A stretch of DNA of 64,000 nucleotides from assembly GCA_030248215.1 (NCBI GenBank), contig JASANG010001013.1, positions 124,001-188,000 on the forward strand, written 5' to 3'. The stretch comes from Enoplolaimus lenunculus (Eukaryota). The notes beneath the pieces are model-generated. The model was not told the DNA's origin. It saw only the letters and a program-made list of their open reading frames with translations, and did not search any database. The position numbers and the translations under genes are program-made. This document shows, in pieces, positions 1 to 11,205 of this stretch (position 1 is its first letter; each line of letters opens with the position of its first letter).

Positions 1-580
1 GATACAAAATATAGAACGTGAACCAGCAAACGGCGTATATTCTCAAATGTATGTAGCACCTATTTCCAAGTTTTTCTTCTAACCAACTGAAGCTCCAGAC
101 AATTGAAAATGGGTTTCTTTTAACCTGACCAGAACCTATTGTCAGAACCTGTCAGTTTTAGTAGCGTCATAAAATACCTTTATTGAAGCTCTATCGCTGA
201 TTGGTGATAAATGCTACACACATTTGCGAATACAGGCCAACATGTGAAAATATTAATGAAAATTTTAAAAGCAACAAACGAAATAAACCAATACCCGAAT
301 AACGAACCGGATTCTATATCGCACCAACGGGTAAGAAAAACCAAATCAGTTAGTAGAAATTATGTTGTCTCCTGAACGCCCAATTGTCCCAGTTGGAAAC
401 AGCGCCGCTTCGATGTTCAGTGTTTTTAGCCGACAACTACAACAAAATCGACGCAAAATCATGAAACGCCCCCACTCCCTTTAATTGTGGGCTTGATTTA
501 TGACGGTGCAATTGAGAGCTAGGACAATAGTTGTTCAGGACACGACATATAATTTATATTTATGTATATAAGCATATATA

Positions 581-1022
581 CTGTAGTGACCCGAATAAGA
601 GGGGGTGACTGATATTTACTTGGCCTCTCCAGAAAGTACCCCCTTGTTATTCGTTATGGACTGTTATTTATTTTCAACCTGCCCTCCGCCACATTCATTA
701 CTGATATATATCCGATATTGCAAACATCCGACGAATTAAATGGTGATATGTCTTGTATCAAAACTTGAGCGATAATGCAAAGTTATAATTTGGAATGGTA
801 CTTTCAAAAGTTAAGTACGCTTTAAAGTTACGAACACAACTTTATTTGGTCCTGGAGTTATGTATACACTACAATTAGGTACAGTTAACATTTATGGACT
901 CTAATTAGGATTTGGGGACTCTATCCGCGTACGAACTCGTATTAGGGATGCGGACTCTTGTTGATTACGACTCAAAATGAGGACCCTCTCTTATTACCCC
1001 TCTCTTATCCGGGTCACTACAG
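581..1022. mobile_element. ~440-bp Tc1/mariner-like MITE (family B)
   Basis: TA|CTGTAGTGACCCGAATAAGAG...CTCTTATCCGGGTCACTACAG|TA. Confidence 0.85.
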
Positions 1023-1807
1023 TATACATATTAACGAGCAACGCCACACTGCAAAACAAGCTGAAAGTCATGAAAAAACAGTTAAAGCATGCAACGCTTT
1101 TCCGATTTGTGTGCACACAAAACATTAAGTACTGCACTTTATTGAATGCAGTTGATTAAACCGGCTGTGTAGCTGAGTGGATAAAACACAAATTTTTACT
1201 GCAGAAACTTTCAAATCACTTGTTTCCACTGTTGAATTACCAAGTTGACTTGACATATATTTTGCTTTATCTGCTATTATTCATTTCTGAAATGTCATAC
1301 CTGTCCGAAATGAAATCCAGTCAGGGATCAACGATGCTTGCAGATTTAATACTCTAAAATCTGAATAGTTATTGGATCGAAAATATCGCATGTTTCCTGT
1401 TCCGGAGTAAGTTAGTACTTAGATCCTTAGGACCGCATTCTCAAATGTGTGTAGCAGCTATCTCCAATTGGTGATAGGTGTTGTAACTTTCGAACCAGTG
1501 AAAGCTGAGACTCAAAATTTAGCACATTTTTTGGCATATGAGTTGGTCTAATTTTGTACCAATTTTGAATTGATCTACTGTAATAGAGAGTTAGAAAACC
1601 TGTTACCGACTGATAATAGGTGCTATACACATTTGAGAATATGGGCGCTAGTTACATCCGGTTAGTAACATTTAGGCAGGATAGTGCCAACTATCAACAG
1701 CGTTCGCCATTACTGATGGCTCAGCGGCCAGTCTTTACCTTTATGATTTTTGTCTAGAGGTTTAAGAATCTTTCAGTCAACAACACAAAAACGTTCTTCA
1801 AGATTTT

Positions 1808-2088
1808 GGCCCATGTAAAGATCAGGGGCGGAACTTTTTTCTGTTGGACTAGAAAAGAGTACGCTTAAGCTTAAGACTAATTTTTTTTGCTTCGCTTAGG
1901 CTTAGGCTTAGGCTTAGGCTTAGGATTGCGCCCATTCTTACGCTTAGGCTTATGCTTAGGCTTAGGCTTAGGCTTAGGCTTAGGAATATGCTCATTCTTA
2001 CGCTTAGGCGTAGGCTTATGCTTAGGCTTAGGCTTAGGCTTAGGAATATGCTTACAACACTGTTCCGTCCCTGTTCTTGACATTGGCC
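1808..2088 (+). mobile_element. TTAGGC-array MITE (family A, subfamily A1)
   Basis: TIRs GGCCCATGTAAAGATCAGGGGCGGAAC / GTTCCGTCCCTGTTCTTGACATTGGCC; internal (TTAGGC)n; degenerate 8-bp flanks AAGATTTT/GAGAATTT. Confidence 0.88.
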
Positions 2089-2159
2089 GAGAATTTTATA
2101 AAAACTGGCGCTCCCAGACGTACTCTTTGCTCAGGACCCTCTCACCTACCGCCGTTCGT

Positions 2160-2430
2160 TTAACAAGTAAGCTTCGAAAACGGGCACGTAATGCGTCCAA
2201 TTTCCAGCAATACCGCAACAACCGTAAAGATTACGTATGTAACTAACATACACGCTCCAAAGGCTTTGTTCATTTGCCAATTAAATGCACCAACACAAAT
2301 AATCATTACAACAAGCATAATGAACAACATTCCAACTGAACAAACCAGGCCAGACGAGTCAACTTCAATGTAGTTTGTCTTCGACACAAATAACCCAATC
2401 AAGAAATATAGGAGCCATGGAAATGGTAAT
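2160..2430 (-). CDS. NCKX: NCKX terminal coding exon B (distal alternative last exon)
   Basis: TTTACAG|A TTA CCA TTT CCA TGG (phase 2, completes GLPFPW) ...LEIGRITCPFSKLTC-TAA; branch-like CTAAC at 2453-2457. Confidence 0.9.
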
Positions 2431-2457
2431 CTGTAAACAAAAATCATTACAAGTTAG

Positions 2458-2754
2458 GGCTTAAATGTAAACAACTGGGGCGGAACAGTAATATAAGCTT
2501 ATTTCTAAGTCTAGGCCTAAGCCTAAGCCTATGTGTAAGAATGAGTTTATTCCGAAACCTAAAAGCCTAAGCTTAAGCCTAAGTCTAAGCCTAAGTGTAA
2601 GAATGAGCATATACACTAAGAATAAGCCTAAGCGTAAGAATGAGTATATTCTTAAAACTAAGCCTAAGCCAAGCAAAAAAATTAGTCTAAAGCTTAAGCT
2701 TACTCTATTGCAGTACCACAGAAAAACGTTCCGCCCCTGATCTTTACATGGGTC
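2458..2754 (-). mobile_element. TTAGGC-array MITE (A1), reverse orientation
   Basis: Same termini reversed; exact 8-bp TSD CAAGTTAG (2450-2457, 2755-2762). Confidence 0.88.
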
Positions 2755-4112
2755 CAAGTTAGTATAACTTGACTGACCAGTGTTGCCAGTGTTTGATTTT
2801 TGGGCATGGGATCACCATGTGTGGACGGGGTTTTTTTGCGCCCGGCGAGCGAGAATCATAGTTTAACCTGTCAGGATGTTTCTTACAGCCTGTTAGGGAT
2901 CCTTTTTCGAATATTTCCCAACATTTTGACAAATTATATCCACCAATCAGGGGTTAAACGCACCTATTGTGGATTGTTGTACCGGGATTTTTGGGGTTTC
3001 GGTTTCCCATACAAGAACCACTTCTTGTTTCAAAATTTTTATGGAACGCACACATCCGGTTTCTAATATCCAAGCTACGCTCATGGTAACACAAGTTTGT
3101 TTTAGTTGGCAACTGGGACGTTTCAAACATTAATAGTTGTCAGTAACGCAATGCTTATTTGTTAGTCTAGTCTACATACAAGATCAATCGGTTAAATTTA
3201 AACTAAACTTATTATTTTATGGTTTTAGTGCCGAAATATTTCGAAGAGACCGTTAAAATTACCCTGTAAATTCTAGTGAGTTGATTAATCAACACACAGA
3301 GAGAATTAGTTATTTTTGGTCACACCTGAGTTAATAACTGTAAATATTACCTCACTCTGCGCTTGTTTAATTCCGGATGAGTCGATTAATAACTCTGAAT
3401 GAGTTGAATTAACTCAGAATTATGAGTTCTGATAGTCCTAACTCAGACTGAGTGATTAAATTCAGTCTGAGTTCAAATCCACTCACTGGAATTGACAGTG
3501 TAAAACGCAATCATGGAAGGTGCTATGCTAATTTGAGAATGTGATTCCTACTGTAAAATCGATATTAATTCGTCTAGAAGCGATACGATAGAAAATCTTC
3601 TATATTCTCGGATTCAGGAGACGTAACTGAAACTTCAGTTTGGCAAAGCTTACTCGCCATACCAGCTTCAAAGCATTTTTACCAGCTACCGTAACCAAGT
3701 GAAGACATTTTGTTTAATACTTCTTGAATTACAGAAGATCATTCTAAAACCTGCAAAAAGTGCTGGTTTTTTCCGAAATTTTACCGGAACATATTCCCCA
3801 TTTCCACTGCAACACGACCCTAACCATAGTCATCTAAAACTGCGGTTTCTAACTTTGAAATTATAGTAGTTTTAGAGGAACATTACGCTAAACGCAGGCG
3901 TTTGTATGTCAACAACAGTATTAAATTGGAAATTGTCAAACCAATATTTCAAACGAAATCATGTTAGTCCAACACAACAAGCGATCAATCTAAGGTCTAC
4001 TGGAAACGACGCTACTGGAAACCAAAACGACCTACTCGTATCCTTATAGAGAACGTTCATAATTCTTGGGAAAATGTTTCGAAACCTGAAGAATGTTTGG
4101 AAATACACACAC

Positions 4113-4756
4113 GGTCCATGTATAGAACAGGGCCGGATCGTTTTTCGGAAGGGCTATAATAGAGTCAGTTTAAGCTTTACACATTTTTTGCTTAGGCTAT
4201 AGGCTTAGGCTTAGGCTTAGGATTTTGGCTTAGGAATAGGCTTATCCATACGCTTAGGCTTAGGCTTAGGCTTAGGAATAGGCTCATCCATACGCTTAGG
4301 CTTAGGCTTAGGCTTAGGAATAGGCTCATCCATACGCTTAGGCTTAGGCTTAGGAATAGGCTCATCCATACGCTTAGGCTTAGGCTTAGGCGTAGGAATA
4401 GACTCATCCATACGCTTAGGCTTATTTTTAGGCTTAGGAATAGGCTCATCCATACGCTTAGGCTTAAGCTAAGGCTTAGGAATAGGCTCATCCATATGCT
4501 TAGGCTTAGGCTAAGGCTTAGAAATAGGCTCTTATATGCTTAGGCTTAGGCTTAGGAATAGGCTCATTCATACGCTTCGGCTTAGGCTTAGGCTTAGGAA
4601 TAGGCTCATTCATACGCTTCGGCTTATTCTTAGGCTTAGGAATAGGCTCATTCATACGCTTCGGCTTAGGCTTAGGCTTAGGAATAGGCTCATTCATACG
4701 CTTCGGCTTAGGAATATGCTTATACTACAGTTCCGGCCCCGTTCTATACATGGGCC
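4113..4756 (+). mobile_element. TTAGGC-array MITE (A2) with expanded internal higher-order array
   Basis: TIR GGTCCATGTATAGAACAGGGCCGGA; about 13 units of GGAATAGGCTCATYCATACGC(TTAGGC)n; flanks ACACACAC/ATACACAC. Confidence 0.9.
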
Positions 4757-5539
4757 ATACACACTATGATGTCGACTGCCAATCATTACTGCGTTGAAGA
4801 CAAAGTACTTCGACGACAAATTGTCTTTTGTACCCTTCCACCCACAGGCTTAGGTTTACGCACAGGCTTAGAGTTAGGTTTAGTTTAGGAAAACGTTTGT
4901 CTAAGCGTAAGCGTTAACCGTAAATGTGAGGGGAAAGTGTGCGAAAGCCGAAAAACCATTGAAATGACTTAAGCCATCTACTTAATGGGTCCACTATTGC
5001 TGGTAGGGTATTTTTCTCAATGATAATTCGTTCGATACGTCATTAAGATACCAGAGGTGACAGACAAGGAGCAAAAGGGGTAGGCACTTGCGATCGAGCG
5101 GATACGAGCCAGAGGCACACAAACAAACAACCTCTACGAAAAAGGAACATATCACTAAACGCCCCCATATCTCGAAGCGCATGCTGTACATCGACCAAAC
5201 TTTGCAGTGACGTGCAGCCGCGTCGTGGGACAGGAACAAAATTGTCGAACATAGAATTTAAATTTGAGCCCCCCGTCAGAAACCGGACAGCGTTTCCGGT
5301 ACCGGTAGAAACTAACATGCAATGTTTCCCCTGGTATTTGTCAGGAAAGCAAAGGCCCAGCCCCTGGAAAAATTTTGCCCTCCATAGAAAGCTTTCAACC
5401 TTGCTTGTAAGTCAATGAAAACCCTTGTATACCCATTGTGAAAAATGTTCTGCCCCTCGTGGCGAGATGAGCTGGCTACGGGCCTGGAGATGAAAGCATT
5501 CGTACTGTTCCTATCAAACGCTTGGCCACACGTCACTGA

Positions 5540-5698
5540 CAATGGACGTAGCCAAGAAGGATTGGAACTTTTTTCAGTTGGTAACACGAGAAAGAGGGGT
5601 TTAGTATATGTTTTCTGTTGGCAACATTTGAAACGACCCCTTTCGAAATTTTTATTGCACACGATTCCCCATTTCCGAACTCCTGGCTACGCCCCATG
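5540..5698. mobile_element. Small hAT-like MITE just downstream of terminal exon A
   Basis: Inverted ends ATGGACGTAGCCA / TGGCTACGCCCCATG; similar end at ~56428. Related CAGGGGCGTA...TACGCCCCTG element at ~14200-14387. Confidence 0.6.
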
Positions 5699-5749
5699 AT
5701 TGAGTGCACGATGATGACGTCATCGTCATGAAAAACAACTGTCGTTCAG

Positions 5750-6023
5750 TTAACATTCATCTCCGAATCGAAACGGGCATTGAATTTTGCCAATTTCAAG
5801 CAAAATTGAAATTGCAACAAATCCACAATACGTCAACAGCATACACGCTCCGAATCCTTTGTTCATTTTCCACTTAAACGCTCCGACGCACACGATGAGC
5901 ACAATGAGCATAATGAATAGCATTCCAACTGAACACACGAGACCGTGAGAGTTTACACTTATGAACCAATGATTTGGCACGAACAGACCAATAAGACAGT
6001 AGATTAACCATGGAACTGGCAAG
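5750..6023 (-). CDS. NCKX: NCKX terminal coding exon A (proximal alternative last exon)
   Basis: TTTCAG|C TTG CCA GTT CCA TGG (phase 2, completes GLPVPW) ...LEIGKIQCPFRFGDEC-TAA. Confidence 0.93.
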
Positions 6024-6585
6024 CTGAAATTATTCCCATTCGTTAATTTCGCCAAAAAATGCTTCGATTTTGAAAACCAACTTTGAATATTTCAAAGTGA
6101 AACGAATAAGCCAATGAAAACGGTCGATTATGGAACTATGCTGCAAGTATGCGCACTATGTGATTCGTAATTTGCCAATCAAAATTGGTCAAATTTTGAA
6201 TTAATTTTTGCATATTTGAACTTTTAATATTCTGGTCGGATTCGTCAGTTGACATAAAATGGTCGCATTTTGAAAACATTTTTTGGAATATTTTACGCTG
6301 TTTAGCGCAATGAAGCGAAGTAGAGTAACTGTGAAACACAGCTAAGCTTCAAGAATTGCGATGTGAAACTTGGATATATTGTTTGAACAAAAATAGTCCG
6401 ATTTTGAAAATTTTTCTGCATATTGGAAAGCATTTCATATTTGATAGTATTTAATTATGTATAAAGCAGTAGAACAGACAGATGACTGATAAGCTTATAA
6501 ATATCTATTTAGCTTTGAATTGTCATTTGGCCGAAAATAGTTCTGTCTGAAATATTTCGCATATTTGAATTTTTTAACTCAATAA

Positions 6586-6860
6586 AGCCCCAGTCACACG
6601 TGCAAGTTTTTGCTGCGAGAACTTGCAGCTGCAATTTGTACTTGCAGGTTTTGTCCAAAATCCCGTTCGACAAACTTGCAGCTGCAAATAATTCATTAGA
6701 AATCATAGCGAGGAATTTAGTTCACATGTGTGAATAACCATACAAGTTCACTGAATTTATTGCAGTCGCTTTCTCATTGGCTGACGAAAAAATGCAAGTT
6801 CTGCGTGCAATTTGCACCTGACAGTTTTCGCAGCAAAAACTTGCACGTGTGAATAGGGCT
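6586..6860. mobile_element. Harbinger-like MITE (family I). Copies at ~18522-18803 and partial ~58668-58830
   Basis: TAA|AGCCCCAGTCACACGTGCAAGTTTT...AAAACTTGCACGTGTGAATAGGGCT|TTA. Confidence 0.82.
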
Positions 6861-7311
6861 TTAAGCAATACAATAGCCACGAGACAGTAAGCTGAAAAAT
6901 TATTAATATTATGCATGTACTACTTTCTTATACTTCCACATTTTGTAGATCAAAAAACGCCAAATTTACAACTTGAGTTTGAAAAAACAACTGCAGTATT
7001 AATTTGAAAATACGAAAATTTATCGATACACAAATATTAAGATTGAAACGTTTTAGACAGGAAGTTTAAAAATAAACTCCAATTTGCTGTTTGAGAAAAA
7101 CTGGCTCTTGTGGGAATTTAAGACAATTTTGGTAAAAATGTATTACTCAACACTGTTCGGCAAAATTGAGAAATGCAAAAAAAAATTTGAAAACTAAAAA
7201 GTGATAGCAATAGAATCGAATCATGTGCTACTTTTACTTGCTAAAATTAATATTGGCTTGGTTACAGAGACAACACTTAAAGTTGATCAACAGCATATAA
7301 CCAGAACTTAC

Positions 7312-7448
7312 CCAACAGTGACGTCAAATATGTTGCTGCCCACTGAAGACGACACCGCCATATCCCCGAGTCCTTTTCTGGCAACGATAACACTCGTAAT
7401 TAAATCTGGGATGCTGGTACCGGCCGCCAGAATCGTTAGACCCATGAC
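7312..7448 (-). CDS. NCKX: NCKX exon (alpha-2 repeat)
   Basis: TTTCAG|GTC...[53 protein letters not shown](G), including the SNIFD aspartate characteristic of K+-dependent exchangers; phase 2 out. Confidence 0.96.
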
Positions 7449-7519
7449 CTGAAATACAATTTTGTCAACTTTGTAGCAATTACACTATTCACTGGTAGAT
7501 CCATGGTGATCCAGAGTAT

Positions 7520-7695
7520 GGCGCATGTAAAGATCAGAGTCGGAACGTTTTTTTTGGTGGGACTGCAATAGAGTAGGCTTAAATTTTAGATTAATACTTT
7601 CTTAGGCCTACGCTTAGGCTTAGGTTTAGGTATAAGCACATTCTTACGCTTAAGCGTTGGCTTAGGCTTAGGTTTAAACGTAGGAATACTTTATT
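7520..7695 (+). mobile_element. TTAGGC-array MITE (A1), truncated
   Basis: Left TIR GGCGCATGTAAAGATCAG plus TTAGGC units; right TIR missing, followed by a family G fragment. Confidence 0.7.
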
Positions 7696-7854
7696 AATGC
7701 AACCTGAGCGGAAAATTAGGTTGCTTCGAAATTTTCAACCTTGCTTGTAGGTCATCGAAAACCCTTGCACGCTTCTCTTAAAGTATGATTAGCTCCCCTA
7801 CCAAGATGAGCTAAATACGGGCCTGACTTTTCCCTCTCGCCATTAGGTACATAC

Positions 7855-7974
7855 CGCATCCGAAATGCCGATCGTATCGCCAATGGTTCCAGCCCACCAG
7901 ACCATCAAATAAGAGAATACCGCAATCCAAAGGATTGATCCGAAAAACGTTCCCATAAAATATTTGCGTTTATT
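7855..7974 (-). CDS. NCKX: NCKX exon (TM, 'SILWIAVFSYLMVWWA')
   Basis: TTTCAG|AAT...GCG|GTATGT; NKRKYFMGTFFGSILWIAVFSYLMVWWAGTIGDTIGISDA. Confidence 0.95.
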
Positions 7975-8500
7975 CTGAAATTAAAATGTTTAATTACACA
8001 ATTGAACAATTTTAACCACTGCACACATGAACATTTTGATTTCGTATAAAAATTTAATTTCAAGCCAGAAATTGTAATCACATCCTCTTAGGCGGAAGGC
8101 GTTTACTGTCACTACTCAGCAACATTAATAAAACAAACTTCGAAATATACAGTAAAATACTGTTTTTAATAGTTTTCAAAGATTACTACGATTTGCCTAA
8201 GTCTGACGCCCAACAATTTTGCATTACAGATTTAAAACATGGCTTCTACCCGAGGTTTTTGAAAACCGACCGAGCCACGGGCACTAAGCCACGTAGAAAT
8301 ATTGTTCGGCAGGCTAAAAAGATTTTAACCGTCTGTAATGCAACTTCTACAATAACATGCGTACACCAAGTGACTTTTGAGAAGGTAATGTCCTGGACAT
8401 TGAAGCATTTTTGGCTTCAATCTTCATTGATAAAAATTGTTGACCCTCCCATTTTGCGTATTTTAAATTGGCTGTGGATTTGCACAAATCAAAAGTTTAC

Positions 8501-8641
8501 CGGATTCCGGACGTCTGGTAAAGTGAGCCATAATGGAAATACAATCGGCGCAACGATTATGTAAATAATGCGTTTACTGCATGAATCTGGCCACGCAAGG
8601 TCCAACGGAGCTTCGCCTTCGCCATCGCCGTCGTCTGGTTC
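8501..8641 (-). CDS. NCKX: NCKX exon (acidic end of loop, TM6 region)
   Basis: TTTTAG|GAA...CCG|GTAAAC; EPDDGDGEGEAPLDLAWPDSCSKRIIYIIVAPIVFPLWLTLPDVRNP, typical NCKX 'PL.L.WP...P+W+T+PDVR'. Confidence 0.93.
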
Positions 8642-9683
8642 CTAAAATAGTCCCGTGATTCGGTCAAATTTGTGACACCCGATTTGGGCATCATGAACCA
8701 AGAGCAGTTCTCAAATTCCACATAAACGGGCTCTCAAAGCCAACAAATGTTGAAATTTTTCCTTCTGATGAATCCATCATTTGTATCTGCACAAGCAGCG
8801 TCAGCGAGCGAAAAGACAGACGTAATTTTAGTATTAAAAGATTAATTATTGATTTACAGCTAAAATTTGAGTTTTTGAAATTTTGGGAAACCCATTTGGG
8901 TATGAGTGGATCCCCTCAATTCAGGAGTATGGGGGCGTCAAGCACGAGGCTGACTGAAAGGGGAAAAATTATAAACACCCAAATCGTTATATTGACACCA
9001 AAAGGGGAACGGCTATCCGTTTTAAGATGAAACTTTGAAATCATTTCAAAAGATACAAAGTTTAGGACACAGTAGTCGGTTTGAAGACTCCCGTGTCACC
9101 CAATCGTGTATGACCGATACCGTTTACAATGGGCAGCTTATAGACAAAGCAGAGAGAATGTTTAAAAACCTTAATTAAATTTGAATTAAAAAAATGAAAA
9201 AAATTTTCGTAAAATCACTCAAGCACTTTTTGAGACAATTTTTTTCAACGAAACAACTCGAGTCTACTCTCACGTCTGTCAAATCTTACAAGTGATAATA
9301 TCAAATTGGATTTACTTATGCGTTAAAAATTAAGGTTTACTTATTATTGTTTATACTTTAAACAAAATTGAAAGTATGCGAAAAAAGATAAAAAATACAA
9401 TAAAAACAATTTTAACAATTGCATACTTTTCAGAAACGTAGAAAATCAGCGTTATGCTAATAAAATGTTACAGTATTTGCGTTATTCCTATCTCTAAGTT
9501 TGAAATTAGAACTACTAACCTGGTTAAGCTAACATTACACTAAACTCTAAGCCAATATTGCTAAATGTGTGCAGCACCTATCACCAGTTAGCAATAGCTC
9601 TTGTAATATTCAAACTGTTGTGTTACAAACGTTTCAAAATTGGTATACAGATCGCAACACGTACCTACTCAAAGAGTAACAAC

Positions 9684-9968
9684 CAGGGTGTAAACGGATA
9701 GTAAAAATAACGGAAACGGAAAGGGAAACGGATAGTGATCAAAATAACAGAAACCGAACGTATCGATATTTTTAAGATTTTAGATGAATTTCGTAATCCT
9801 TATTTCATTTCGAACAATTGCAGCATATTTGTAACAAAAATGCGAAAAATATACGTGATTTATATTGCAAATTTTGAACGTAAAAACAACTTAGTTTCCG
9901 TTATTTCTATAACAGAAACGGTAACGAACACCAATTTTTACCGGAAACGGATATCCGGTTGCACCCTG
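9684..9968. mobile_element. hAT-like MITE (family J). Reverse copy at 58843-59223; degenerate relatives at ~32170-32350 and ~41289-41400
   Basis: CAGGGTGTAAACGGATA...TATCCGGTTGCACCCTG; exact 8-bp TSD GTAACAAC; subterminal AAACGG repeats typical of Ac/Ds-like ends. Confidence 0.85.
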
Positions 9969-10619
9969 GTAACAACTATTAAAATAACAGCTGTTGTAGC
10001 ACTCCTGTGTAAAAACCTAACGCTAACTGGTCATAGATGCTATATCCATTTGAGAATACGAACCGCGTATCTAGAAGCAAAATAAGAAATCCCAGTTTTC
10101 TGTTAGCTTGGCTTAGTGTTGTTGCTGCATGCAAACAGTATATGCCGATTTTAGTAGAAAGAAACAAGGTTAAGTTAGTAAAAACATCATTTTTCTTCTT
10201 TTTACGAGAAGATAAAAAATTAAGTAAAATTAATGTTTTAAACGTTTTAACACAGAGACACTTGTTGTTTATCCATCTGGATAGCGCTACACTTGTCGTA
10301 CGGCGCCGTCCGTCGACGTCCTGTCACGATACGGTATTGTATATGAGTAATTCGTGTACGACACCGCATAGTGACGCACAGTGACGGACAGCGTCGACGG
10401 CATTAAAATAATTAAAAAATATAGCGCAACACTCAAATTTGTGATTCTTTTAAGACTTTGGATGTCAATTTTTTGACCCAATTGCAACTTAAAGATTGTC
10501 TTATGAGTCACTTTTAGAAAAATATGGTTTAAATTAATTGAATATCCCGGTTTTGCATGCGAAATAAAACAACATCAACAGCAGAAGCAAGAATAACAAT
10601 GCCCAATAAGCAGAACAGG

Positions 10620-11205
10620 TACAGCAAAAACAAAATAGCAACAACGACAGTAAACAACAAACAAACAATCAAACCAACAAACAAATGACTAAACAAATGA
10701 CCAAACAAACAAATAAATATATAAACAAACAAACAAACATCAAACGACACTGAAACGAGCGACATGTCAACAAACAAACAAAACCAAACAAACAACCAGA
10801 TAACATATAACCCTTTCACTCATAGAGTATACTATGAGCAGCTAAATACAATAATGTACAAGCAATACACACACTATGAGCAGTGTTTAACATTTATAAC
10901 ATATATGCGCAGAGCAAAATCCCCACAAGACTTGAGAGCACCCTCGGGCTCGACCGTCAAGCTCCTATAGCTCAGTGCTCATCGTAAACGCCTCCCACGC
11001 GTGAGACTGGGGTTCGAATCTTACCTTGAAATTACGTCTCATTTGAAATTGAAATATTCATGTGAGAAAGGGTTAAACATATAAACAAAAAATAATCAAA
11101 CAACAAACAAATACACAAAGAAACAAACAAACAAACAAACAAACAAACAAACAGATTAACAAGAACCGATGCGCCCAAAAAACAAAAAAAACAACAAAAA
11201 AACGT
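10620..11205. repeat. Degenerate (AAAC)n tract interrupted by a family H element
   Basis: AAAC runs at ~10620-10800 and ~11080-11205. Confidence 0.85.
10811..11072 (+). mobile_element. piggyBac-like MITE with tRNA-like core (family H)
   Basis: ATAA|CCCTTTCACTCAT...CATGTGAGAAAGGG|TTAA; internal TAGCTCAGTG...GGTTCGAATC. Confidence 0.82.

Noticed and set aside
1808..2088. True telomere or chromosome-fusion scar
   Set aside because: The arrays are short, interrupted, occur in both orientations and are enclosed by TIRs and TSDs.
1877..2757. PKPKPK / LGLGLG / LSLSLS ORFs here and at 4192, 13819, 26964, 47807, 51229
   Set aside because: These are translations of TTAGGC arrays within MITEs.
1808..2762. 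Composite transposon that mobilised exon B
   Set aside because: Each MITE has its own TSD, the outer flanks do not match, and the exon divergence looks older than the insertions.
4994..5418. Possible third terminal exon or separate gene between exons A and B
   Set aside because: GC-richer unique sequence, but no similarity to the NCKX C-terminus and no recognisable domain or convincing splice context; may be UTR or regulatory.
10960..11030. Functional tRNA gene
   Set aside because: A/B boxes are present but no complete cloverleaf or acceptor stem forms; it lies inside a multi-copy TTAA element.
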